This document shows positions 51,887-60,662 of a stretch of DNA of 64,000 nucleotides, one piece after another. The notes beneath the pieces were generated by a model that worked only from the letters and a program-made list of their open reading frames with translations, searched no databases and had not been told where the DNA came from. The first letter of the stretch is position 1; every line of letters begins with the position of its first letter. The translations under genes and the position numbers were made by a program. This DNA is from Richelia sinica FACHB-800 (lineage in GTDB: Bacteria > Cyanobacteriota > Cyanobacteriia > Cyanobacteriales > Nostocaceae). Where the stretch lies: NCBI RefSeq assembly GCF_014698825.1, contig NZ_JACJTT010000029.1:3797-67796 (forward strand), given 5' to 3'.

Positions 51887-52921
51887 ATGAATAAAAGTGT
51901 AGTAGTAATAGGTGGCGGTGTTGCAGGGATGGCTGCTGCTGGTAAACTCAGAGACTTAGGTCATGATGTAGTTCTCATTGAAAAAGAATCAGAACTAGGC
52001 GGTCACGTCAAAAACTGGTATAAGGTATTTCCTGATTTTACCGATGCTTCAGAAATAATTGCCCAGTTGAAAGGTGAACTACATGGAATTAGAATCTTAA
52101 AAAATACAACCGTGACTAAAATTGAAGGTTCAGCACCCGACTTTCAGGTAACAACATCTAGCGGTGAAAAATTGGATGCAGCAGCAATTTTGGTCGCCAC
52201 AGGATTTAGACATTTTGATGCTGCCTTTAAAGAAGAATATGGATATGGCATCTACGATAACTCTATCACTTCCGTAGAACTAGATGCCATGCTCAAGTAT
52301 CAAACTGTAAAAACCGCCGCAGGTAAAATTCCTAAAAAGTTAGCTATTGTCCACTGTGTCGGGTCACGGGATCAAAAGGTAAATAATAATTACTGTTCCA
52401 GAGTTTGTTGTACTAATGCCATCAAAGTAGCCATAGAAATTAAACAACAAATTCCCGATTGTGAAATTTATTGTCTTTATATGGATATTCGGGTATTTGG
52501 TCGCGGTTATGAGGAACTGTACCGCACCTCTCAAGAAAAGTATGGAGTGCAGTTTATTCGCGGTCGGTTGTCAGAAGCGAATGAGAAGCCGGATAGTAGT
52601 TTATTGTTGCGGGTGGAAGATACTTTAATCGGTAAACCGATGCGGTTGACGGTGGATATGTTGGTGTTAATGGTGGGGATGGAGGGAAATTCGGATTTAT
52701 CAGAAGTTGCGGGGCTAAAAGTGGGATGCGATCGCTTTTACACTACTGCTCATCAACAATACTCTAATAATGCTTCTCCTAGATCGGGAATTTTTCTGGC
52801 GGGTACAGCTACTGGTCCGAAGGCTATTGTTGAATCTATCACTGATGGTAGGTCTGCTGCGGCGGAAGTTGCTGCTTTTGTTGGTAGTGCTAACTGTGTT
52901 TATGCTTGCGCTATTAATTGA
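51887..52921 (+). CDS. HdrA-like FAD-dependent iron-sulfur flavoprotein, short 344-aa form; sHdrA candidate
   Basis: N-terminal VVVIGGGVAGMAAAGKL dinucleotide motif, 4-Cys cluster segment CVGSRDQKVNNNYCSRVCCTNAIK, C-terminal GIFLAGTATGP. Confidence 0.8.
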   Translation: MNKSVVVIGGGVAGMAAAGKLRDLGHDVVLIEKESELGGHVKNWYKVFPDFTDASEIIAQLKGELHGIRILKNTTVTKIEGSAPDFQVTTSSGEKLDAAAILVATGFRHFDAAFKEEYGYGIYDNSITSVELDAMLKYQTVKTAAGKIPKKLAIVHCVGSRDQKVNNNYCSRVCCTNAIKVAIEIKQQIPDCEIYCLYMDIRVFGRGYEELYRTSQEKYGVQFIRGRLSEANEKPDSSLLLRVEDTLIGKPMRLTVDMLVLMVGMEGNSDLSEVAGLKVGCDRFYTTAHQQYSNNASPRSGIFLAGTATGPKAIVESITDGRSAAAEVAAFVGSANCVYACAIN

Positions 52922-52923
52922 AG

Positions 52924-52965
52924 AAAACGAACCGCAGAGGCGCAGAGAACGCACAGAAAAGAGAG
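52924..52965. repeat. octamer repeat element, copy 3 of 4 (inverted orientation, more degenerate)
   Basis: The reverse complement reads ttctgtgcgttctctgcgcctctgcggttcg; lies between hdrA-like and hdrC2. Confidence 0.5.
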
Positions 52966-53045
52966 TTTGAGAGGGTTCTTGCGTGAGTCCTGAGATTAAT
53001 AAGAGGAATGAGGGGTTTTCGCATCATTTCAGTGAGGGTAAGGAA

Positions 53046-53627
53046 ATGGCAGCAAAAAAATGTTTTTTTGGCATTAAAACAGACCGTCAGGTTGATGGGG
53101 ATAAGATGAACCGTCTGTTTTTGGATCAGGTTTTGGCGGAGGGTGGGGAAAATGCGGCTATTGCTGCTTGTATGCAGTGTGGCACTTGTAGCGGCGGTTG
53201 TACTAATGCAGATTTGATGGATCTTTTGCCGAGAAGTTTGGTGTTGATGGTGCAACGGGGGGAATGGGAGAAGGTGTTAAACAGTAATAGTCTGTGGTTA
53301 TGTACTTCTTGCCAAATTTGTACTTCTCGTTGTCCCCGTGGTGTGCAACCTGCGGATGTGATTGAGGCTGTGAAAGCGATCGCTATTCGTCAAGGTATCA
53401 ATAATGATTCTACCCGGTTTAATCAAATATTTGTGGAGTTAATCAAGAAAAGAGGCATCCTCTTTGAACCAGAACTGATGCAGAAATATGGCGGTATTGA
53501 AGCCATGTTAGCACAGGTAAAATTAGGTATGAAATTAGCCTTCAAAGGTAAATTATCCCCCTTACCAGCAAAAGTCCAAGAACCAGAAAAGTTTAATCAA
53601 GCATTAACAAAGGCAGAGCAAAAATGA
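53046..53627 (+). CDS. heterodisulfide reductase subunit C-like (sHdrC2 candidate)
   Basis: CMQCGTCSGGC and CTSCQICTSRCP motifs; start at internal ATG 53046, preceded by GGGTAAGGAA. Confidence 0.8.
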   Translation: MAAKKCFFGIKTDRQVDGDKMNRLFLDQVLAEGGENAAIAACMQCGTCSGGCTNADLMDLLPRSLVLMVQRGEWEKVLNSNSLWLCTSCQICTSRCPRGVQPADVIEAVKAIAIRQGINNDSTRFNQIFVELIKKRGILFEPELMQKYGGIEAMLAQVKLGMKLAFKGKLSPLPAKVQEPEKFNQALTKAEQK

Positions 53628-54496
53628 AATATTCTTACTATCCCGGATGTAGTCTGCATAGCACTGCAAAAGAGTTTGATGTATCCACCAAAGTGGTAAT
53701 GCAAGAATTGGGATTTGAACTGCAAGAACTTCAGGACTGGTCTTGTTGTGGTGGTTCTGTCGCAGGTGGTGTTTCTCATGATGTAGGTATGGCGTTAGCT
53801 GCCAGAAATGTCGTTTTAGCACAACAACAAAATCAGGATTTGTTAGCAGCTTGTTCTGGTTGTTATAACAAATCAGCCAAAGCAGCTAAAGCCTTAGAAA
53901 ATAACCAAGAACGGCAAAAAATTACTGCTATTCTTGGAGATATGGGAATATCTGTATCTGAAAACAACATCAGAGTTAGGAATGTTGTAGATGTTCTCGC
54001 GAATGATATAGATATTTCCACCCGGATTAAAAAACCTCTACATGGTTTAAAAGTAGCTTGTTATTATGGTTGTCTATTAACTCGACCAGAAAATATCACC
54101 GGTTGGGACTCTCCTGTTTTTCCCATGTCTATGGATAGATTAGCGCAAACTTGCGGGGCTGAAGTAGTTGATTTCCGATCTAAAACTAAATGCTGTGGCG
54201 GTCCGATTTTAGTCCCAAAAGAAGATGTTGCCTTTGAACTCACCAAGCGATTATTAGATGAAGCCAAATCTCTAGAAGCAGATTGTATTGTTTTAGCTTG
54301 TCCCTTATGTTCTACCAACCTAGAACTGAGACAGCCAGATATTGAGAAAAAATATAATGTTTCCTATTCTCTGCCTATTCTCTACATCACAGAACTAATC
54401 GGACTAGCACTCGGAATTAAACCTAGAAAACTAGGTTTAGATAAACATATTGTTTCCACCCAACCTGTTTTATCTAAATTAAAAACCTGCTCCTAA
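53624..54496 (+). CDS. heterodisulfide reductase subunit B-like, two CCG domains (sHdrB2 candidate)
   Basis: MKYSYYPGCSL...DWSCCGGSVAG and ACYYGCLL...KCCGGPI...CPLCSTN; ATGA overlap with the upstream gene. Confidence 0.85.
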   Translation: MKYSYYPGCSLHSTAKEFDVSTKVVMQELGFELQELQDWSCCGGSVAGGVSHDVGMALAARNVVLAQQQNQDLLAACSGCYNKSAKAAKALENNQERQKITAILGDMGISVSENNIRVRNVVDVLANDIDISTRIKKPLHGLKVACYYGCLLTRPENITGWDSPVFPMSMDRLAQTCGAEVVDFRSKTKCCGGPILVPKEDVAFELTKRLLDEAKSLEADCIVLACPLCSTNLELRQPDIEKKYNVSYSLPILYITELIGLALGIKPRKLGLDKHIVSTQPVLSKLKTCS

Positions 54497-54542
54497 CTCC
54501 TCTCTTACTCTCTGCGCCTCTGCGCCTCTGCGTGAGAAAAAA
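54497..54542. repeat. octamer repeat element CTCTGCGC-CTCTGCGC-CTCTGCGT-GAGAAAAAA, copy 4 of 4
   Basis: Directly after the hdrB2 stop; near-identical to copy 2 including the ctcctctct lead-in and the A-run. Confidence 0.6.
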
Positions 54543-54633
54543 TCCGTAAATTTCTCCATCACAGGAATCATATTTATGGACATCTATGAGCTATAAGTTT
54601 TAGATAGCAATAGTGAAGTGTGGGATTAAACCT

Positions 54634-55647
54634 TTACTTGGAAGGAATTTTCAGCGTACCAATATTGTATATTCCCTTGGCATCAGATGGAATTGCAAAG
54701 GGAATCAAGGCTGGAGGGTTGGTAAATAAGCGAATTTCATAGCGTCCTGGTTTTAATCCCGAAGTAGCAAACTTACCTGCTCGATTGGTGAATATAGTAA
54801 CTGGTTGCCAATTGCGATCGCCCACAGCAACAATCTGTGCTGATTGTAAAGAAATAGGTTCACCATCACTATTCAATAATACTCCTCGCAAGAAAACTGT
54901 GGCATCTGTTCCCACTCGCACCACTGTACCACTGCTATAAGTGGGTAAAATTTTGATAGCACGATTTCCTAAATCCATTCCCACAGGTAAATTTGGCGCA
55001 TCAATGATCACAGTAGAAATATTATAAGGACTTAAATTGGGGACTACACCAAATCCTAAATTATCAATGCGGGTGGTATAGCCACCGGAACTAGGATTAA
55101 TACCGATTTCTTGACCTCTCACGCTATCTTTTGGAATCAATAAAGCAAAACTATTATTAAGAGAACGTGACCAGACAAAGTTACCATAATTGGTGGCGAA
55201 AATTCTCTCTAAACCAGCAAGTTGTTGATGCAAATCTGCTTGTAAATAACTGCCTAAAGTGAACTGATTGGTTATACATAAACGATGGGATAAAGTCAAA
55301 ATCGGTTGAGTAAAATCATAGGTGCGATTACCTGAAATATCAGCAGATGGAACACCCAAACTATAGGCGAATTGCTGTACTCCAGGTGCTAATAAATCCC
55401 CATCAACCGGATTAGAAAAATTTAATCTTTGCACACGACCCACATCATCTTTAATCACTAATTCTACATCATTAGTACCCCCATTCAAAGGTAAATTGCG
55501 GATATCTTGCCGTCCTGCTCGTAACTGTAAAGTCCGTTCTAATCTACCATTAACTAATACATCAACTAATGAATCAGTTTCTAAGAAAAATTCAAATTGG
55601 CTAATGGGTCGAGTGACTAAATGCAGATCCAAAATCAATGGTAGCAA
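54634..55647 (-). pseudogene. beta-rich secreted-protein-like ORF without canonical start or signal peptide (possible truncated fimbrial-usher/CarboxypepD_reg-like fragment)
   Basis: 337 aa; the ORF opens right after an in-frame TAA with only TTG available as start; N-terminus MLPLILDLHLVTRP is not a signal peptide; C-terminal PGRYEIRLF beta-sandwich-like. Confidence 0.35.
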
Positions 55648-56226
55648 GGGGACTAACGATTAAGCTAGAAGCAATTACAAAAGGACGGAAAAACATCATA
55701 TTTTAATGTTTATTTTTGTGAACTATATACCTAAAATTAATAATTATTGGAATATTTAACCATAGCATAAATATTGAATTTATGACTGAATTTTATCAGT
55801 AGAAATACTATCAAGTTCAAAAGCCAGAACTTTGATTTGTGTACGTGATATACCCTATTTTAATGTTTTGAGTTGACAGCAGTTTTCATCTAGTGAGACC
55901 ACAGTAGAGAAGTTGCATACAACGACTGTAAAAGGGTTTTAAACTTTGTTTTGTGGTTCATTTACCTGAAAATTGCTGTCAGTTTATCAAGTAGGAGTAT
56001 CATCAGTACATTCTCACGAAGATTACGCAAAATACTGACAATCTTCACCATTATTAATGCCAAATATACTACTATCTCATTTGATAGTTATATGCTAAAA
56101 TAGTTTAATAAGCAAAATTTGCGAGATATTCAGTCGCAGATGACCAGGAGAGCAGAATTAAGTAAACTTCTTAGCTGTTGTGGAAGTCCTCTGTGGCACT
56201 AGCTATATTTATTTCATGGGGGTACT

Positions 56227-57501
56227 ATGGCTCGAATTATTGTAATTGGTGCAGGAATTGGGGGATTACCCACATCCTATGAAATGCGGCGTATTTTGCC
56301 ACCAGAACATCAAATTACACTGATTTCCAATACCCCTAAATTTACATTTATTCCTTCTCTTCCTTGGGTAGGTTTAGGTTTAAAATCACTTGAGCATATT
56401 CAGTTAGATGTAGAAAAACTCGTAAAAAATAGAGGTATTGAATGGGTTTTAGGAGGAGTTAGCCAAATTTTGCCAGAGTCAAAGCAAGTGATTGTAGGAG
56501 AGAGAGTAATTTCCTATGATTATGCGGTGATTGCTACAGGTGCAGAGTTAGCTTTAGATGCAGTACCAGGTCTACAAGAAGAAGTTGGATATGTGCAATC
56601 GGTGTGTAATCCTGCTCACGCACTCAAAGCTGCTACGGCTTGGCAAAAGTTTCTCCAAAATCCGGGTCCTTTGGTAGTGGGAGCAATACCAGGTGCAGGT
56701 TGTTTTGGCCCTGCTTACGAGTTTGCGTTACTAGCAGATTGGCTGTTACGACGATACGGGTTGAGAAATCAAGTCCCCATTACTTTTGTCACCCCAGAAC
56801 CTTATGTGGGACATTTGGGAATTAGCGGTATGGCCAATTCTGCGGAATTGGTAAAAAAATTACTTTACCAAAGAGAAATTGAAGTATTTGAAAATGCAGC
56901 TATTAGTCAAATTGAATCAGACAAAATTTTGCTGGCTGATGGTTGCACTCTACCTTATGCTTACGCTATGCTATTACCGCCATTTCGGGGAGCGCGTTTT
57001 TTACGAGAAGCACCTGATTTAAGTGATAAAAAGGGCTTTTTACCTGTACTACCTACTTATCAACATCCTCAATTTCCCTCAATTTATAGTGTGGGAGTAA
57101 CTACTCAACTCAAACCACCAGAAATCACTCCCATTCCCATTGGTGTGCCAAAAACAGGACAAATGACGGAAGCTATGGGTATGGCTGTGGCTCATAATAT
57201 CGGTGTAGAGTTGGGCGTAATTTCTGCTCCTTTAGTGACTCCTACTTTGGAAGCACTTTGTTTAGCGGATTTTGGTGATACAGGAATTGCCTTTTTAGCA
57301 GACCAAGTTTTACCCAATCCTATCACCGGAAAACGCAGACGAGCAGTGGCCATGGAAGGACGCTGGGTCAGTTGGAGTAAAACAGTCTTTGAAAAGTTCT
57401 TTCTGACGAAAATGCGTTGTGGGGTTGCAGTTCCTTGGTTTGAACATTGGGGTTTGGAAGTTCTGGGATTATCACTGGTACAACCGCTTAGCAAAATTTA
57501 A
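56227..57501 (+). CDS. sqr: sulfide:quinone oxidoreductase (type I SQR, flavoprotein disulfide reductase family)
   Basis: MARIIVIGAGIGGLPTSYEMRR FAD motif and conserved Cys (GAGCFGPAYEF, LCLADFGDTG); 424 aa; resembles cyanobacterial SQRs. Confidence 0.9.
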   Translation: MARIIVIGAGIGGLPTSYEMRRILPPEHQITLISNTPKFTFIPSLPWVGLGLKSLEHIQLDVEKLVKNRGIEWVLGGVSQILPESKQVIVGERVISYDYAVIATGAELALDAVPGLQEEVGYVQSVCNPAHALKAATAWQKFLQNPGPLVVGAIPGAGCFGPAYEFALLADWLLRRYGLRNQVPITFVTPEPYVGHLGISGMANSAELVKKLLYQREIEVFENAAISQIESDKILLADGCTLPYAYAMLLPPFRGARFLREAPDLSDKKGFLPVLPTYQHPQFPSIYSVGVTTQLKPPEITPIPIGVPKTGQMTEAMGMAVAHNIGVELGVISAPLVTPTLEALCLADFGDTGIAFLADQVLPNPITGKRRRAVAMEGRWVSWSKTVFEKFFLTKMRCGVAVPWFEHWGLEVLGLSLVQPLSKI

Positions 57502-57629
57502 ACCTGAAAATTCATTCACCTTGTCGGAACAACAGCTTTACCAAACTTCACAACCACAATTGACTTAAGTCAAGGATTTCCTCAACTGAAATCAATACGC
57601 TGGAAGCATAGAGATTTGAGGAAGGAACT

Positions 57630-59264
57630 ATGTTCTGCAACCAGTGTGAACAAACTACCCGTGGAGATGTGTGTCATCAGTGGGGTGCGTGCGGTAAAAG
57701 TCCTGAAGTTGATGCTTTACAAGATTTGCTAGTGCATTGTTTACGGGGGCTTTCTCAAGTAGCACTACAGGCCAAATCTCTGGGAATTGGTACCCGCAGC
57801 AGTGATGAATTTACCTGTGAAATGCTGTTTGCAACATTGACGAACGTCAATTTTACTACTGCTGATTTTATGACTTTTGTGAATCGAGCGATCGCTCTGC
57901 GCGAAAGTTTGAAGTTGCAAATTCAAGCTACAGGTCACAAGGTGATTGAATCCGCTATTACTAGTTTTTTACCCGCAAGTGACCAAAGCCAACAAATTCA
58001 GCAAGGTAAAGATTTAGAATTTGCCTTCATTAGTCAATCTGCTCAAAATGTTGATATTTTCTCTCTTAAACTCACAGTTTTATATGGACTCAAGGGCGTT
58101 GCAGCTTACGCTTTCCATGCCTTAGAACTTAATCAACATGATGAAGGCTTGTATAAATTCTGTCATGAAGTTTTAGCAACATTAGATACTCAAGATAAAA
58201 CCCTGGAAGATTGGTTAAATTTAGCCCTGAAGGTCGGGGAAATGAACCTCAAAGCCATGGAACTGCTGGATGCTGGTAATACGGAAACCTTTGGTCATCC
58301 AACTCCTACAGTTGTACCCCTGGGGCAAACAGTTGGTAAAGCTATTCTCGTTTCTGGACATGATTTATTAGCTTTGAAAGCTATTCTCGCAGCTACCGCA
58401 GGAACAGATATTAAAGTTTACACTCACGGTGAATTACTACCAGCATATGGTTATCCCCAACTAAAACAGGCATATCCCCACCTTTACGGTCATTACGGGA
58501 CAGCATGGCAAAATCAAACCCATGAGTTTGAACATTTCCCTGGTGCGATCGCTATGACTACTAATTGTCTCATGCCTCCCCATGAAGGATACAAAGACCG
58601 AGTATTTACTTTGGGACCTGTGGGTTATCCTGGGTTACGACATGTGAGTATTAGCGATGTTTCTCCTATTATTAATAAAGCCTTAGAATTACCAGGATTT
58701 ACTGAAGCCCAAGATAAAGGCACTGTAACCACAGGCTTTGCGAGAAATGCCGTTTTAGGAGTAGCGGATGCTGTGATTGATGCTGTCAAAGCAGGTAAGA
58801 TTCGGCACTTTTTCTTAGTGGGTGGTTGTGATGGTGCAAAACCGGGACGGAATTATTACACGGATTTAGTGGAACAAATGCCAGAAGATTGTGTGGTATT
58901 AACTTTAGGCTGTGGTAAATTCCGTTTCTTTGATAAAAATCTGGGTGATATTGGTGGCATTCCCCGCTTGTTGGATGTGGGACAATGTAACGATGCTTAC
59001 TCTGCTATTCAAATTGCTGTAGCTTTAGCTAATGCCTTTGGTGTTAATGTCAATCAATTGCCTTTGTCAATGGTACTCTCTTGGTATGAACAAAAAGCGA
59101 TCGCTGTTTTGTTGACTCTCCTGTATTTAGGTATCCAAAATATCCGCATTGGCCCCACCCTTCCAGCTTTCCTGTCAGCTAATGTTGTCAAGCTACTATC
59201 CGAAACCTACAATCTTCAACTCATCACCACTCCAGAACAAGATTTAGCAGCAACCCTTGGATAG
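57630..59264 (+). CDS. hcp: hybrid cluster protein / hydroxylamine reductase
   Basis: N-terminal MFCNQCEQTTRGDVCHQWGACGK Cys cluster and hybrid-cluster ligand regions (CLMPPHEGY, GGCDGAKPGRNYY, GQCNDAYSA); 544 aa. Confidence 0.92.
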   Translation: MFCNQCEQTTRGDVCHQWGACGKSPEVDALQDLLVHCLRGLSQVALQAKSLGIGTRSSDEFTCEMLFATLTNVNFTTADFMTFVNRAIALRESLKLQIQATGHKVIESAITSFLPASDQSQQIQQGKDLEFAFISQSAQNVDIFSLKLTVLYGLKGVAAYAFHALELNQHDEGLYKFCHEVLATLDTQDKTLEDWLNLALKVGEMNLKAMELLDAGNTETFGHPTPTVVPLGQTVGKAILVSGHDLLALKAILAATAGTDIKVYTHGELLPAYGYPQLKQAYPHLYGHYGTAWQNQTHEFEHFPGAIAMTTNCLMPPHEGYKDRVFTLGPVGYPGLRHVSISDVSPIINKALELPGFTEAQDKGTVTTGFARNAVLGVADAVIDAVKAGKIRHFFLVGGCDGAKPGRNYYTDLVEQMPEDCVVLTLGCGKFRFFDKNLGDIGGIPRLLDVGQCNDAYSAIQIAVALANAFGVNVNQLPLSMVLSWYEQKAIAVLLTLLYLGIQNIRIGPTLPAFLSANVVKLLSETYNLQLITTPEQDLAATLG

Positions 59265-59304
59265 AAAATAGTTGGTGAATACAATCAAAACCAATAGTCA
59301 AACT

Positions 59305-59334
59305 CTTACGGGGTAGGCATTTTGTCTGCCCTTG
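59305..59334. repeat. 30-nt near-palindromic motif, copy B (inverted relative to copy A)
   Basis: tcttacggggtaggcattttgtctgccctt is the reverse complement of the motif at 51810..51839 with about 5 mismatches. Confidence 0.5.
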
Positions 59335-59498
59335 TTGTCATTTCTACCCTCTTCCCTCACCATATCACCAGAAAAATCACACATTTTCAACTTGTTGAGG
59401 TATAAATTGTCAAAGGGTTTTAATTTCAAACTACCTGACACGGAGTCACTGACATAGCCCTGAATACTGAGGCTAATTAAAATCCTGGGATCTAGAAA

Positions 59499-60125
59499 TT
59501 GGTACTCATAAAAATGCTAAAAAAATCTTTACGTAAATTCCCGTTTTTATCTCTATTTTCCCTTTCTTGCCTCTCTGGCTCTATTTTAGTTAATTTCCCT
59601 GCCCAAGCTTTACCAGGGCAAAGTACAGAGGAGGTAACAACTTGGATTCAGTCCCATCCCACCCTCCGCCCTACCAGTGGAGAAAAGTTACTAGTGAATA
59701 AGAGTGATACAGCAGCACAAAGATTCACTTTTCAGGCTTCAGTATTGCCAGCGGGTAAGGTAACTTTTACCAAAGACCGGAGTACAATCCGCACAGAACG
59801 CATTAGCCTATTTGATGCAGTCAATGGCGTTTCTTTTCAACGTCTTCAAGAATCTTTACGGGTAATTTACGGTTTGGATATCTATCAAGATTATGATCGT
59901 GCTCAGGTGATTTACGAGTACCCCAATGAAAGTGCGATTAACCAAGCGAGGTTAGCAAAAACACCAATTCGAGAAGCTTTACGGGGACAATTGCGATTAG
60001 GCGATCGTTTTGCCTACTGGGTAGAAGTCGCTAAACCCAAGGAAGGTAAGCCTTTAACAGGTCAAATGACCGTTTTACTCAAAGAAGATATAGATAAATT
60101 AGAAGCTGAATTGAGAAACCGCTAA
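59499..60125 (+). CDS. hypothetical secreted protein (signal peptide)
   Basis: N-terminal KKSLRKFPFLSLFSLSCLSGSILVNFPAQA signal-like segment; 208 aa; no motif recognised. Confidence 0.45.
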   Translation: MVLIKMLKKSLRKFPFLSLFSLSCLSGSILVNFPAQALPGQSTEEVTTWIQSHPTLRPTSGEKLLVNKSDTAAQRFTFQASVLPAGKVTFTKDRSTIRTERISLFDAVNGVSFQRLQESLRVIYGLDIYQDYDRAQVIYEYPNESAINQARLAKTPIREALRGQLRLGDRFAYWVEVAKPKEGKPLTGQMTVLLKEDIDKLEAELRNR

Positions 60126-60182
60126 TCTTGTGTGGAGTAAAGGGTTGGGAGGAAGACAGAAGGAAACAGGTTGGTAATTAAC

Positions 60183-60554
60183 CTATCCTTCATCTTTTAA
60201 CTTAACTTCTGTTGGCATGGTTTGCCATTGGCCGGAAAAGATACTTTCTACAGCCAAAGAAATACGTTGTAAGTCTTCCTTCAGCAAGGGTGGCCAATCA
60301 ATCCCAGCTTTTCTGCCCACAATAAATAATTGTTGACCTTTCACCCCTAATTGATAGAGGGCATAAGCTAAGTCTCTATCCAATGCTAGTGAATCTTTTA
60401 AAGCTTCAAAAGCCACTTTCAGGGCTAATAAGACGGAAGTAATTTGACCTGGAACAGGTGGTTTTCCCTGTTTTAGACGATTTAACAAGGTATCTGGATT
60501 GTTCTCCGATATACCTTGGTCTATTAGGAGTTTACGCGCTATTTCGTAATTCAT
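60183..60554 (-). CDS. hypothetical conserved small protein
   Basis: 123-aa ORF, convergent with the upstream gene; no motif recognised. Confidence 0.4.
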   Translation of the reverse strand: MNYEIARKLLIDQGISENNPDTLLNRLKQGKPPVPGQITSVLLALKVAFEALKDSLALDRDLAYALYQLGVKGQQLFIVGRKAGIDWPPLLKEDLQRISLAVESIFSGQWQTMPTEVKLKDEG

Positions 60555-60662
60555 TTATCTAGCTGCTTTTAATCCCTATTCAGGATTGTAGTCAATTTCC
60601 ACCATCTTTGTCTGGATGTAGCTGAGTGAATTGTTAATACACACAAAACTTATACACCAACT

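Noticed and set aside
49816-54496. Interpreting the HdrB/HdrC-like genes as type-E succinate dehydrogenase (SdhE/F) or glycolate oxidase GlcF subunits
   Set aside because: An HdrA-like flavoprotein with the 4-Cys cluster motif, duplicated C/B pairs in C1-B1-A-C2-B2 order, and flanking PDO, rhodanese and SQR all fit an sHdr-like sulfur system better. This cannot be excluded without phylogeny.
49816-54496. Methanogen-type HdrABC / Mvh electron-bifurcating complex
   Set aside because: HdrA is only 344 aa, lacking the ferredoxin and MvhD-like domains. No mvh/hydrogenase or formate dehydrogenase partners are present. The host is an oxygenic phototroph.
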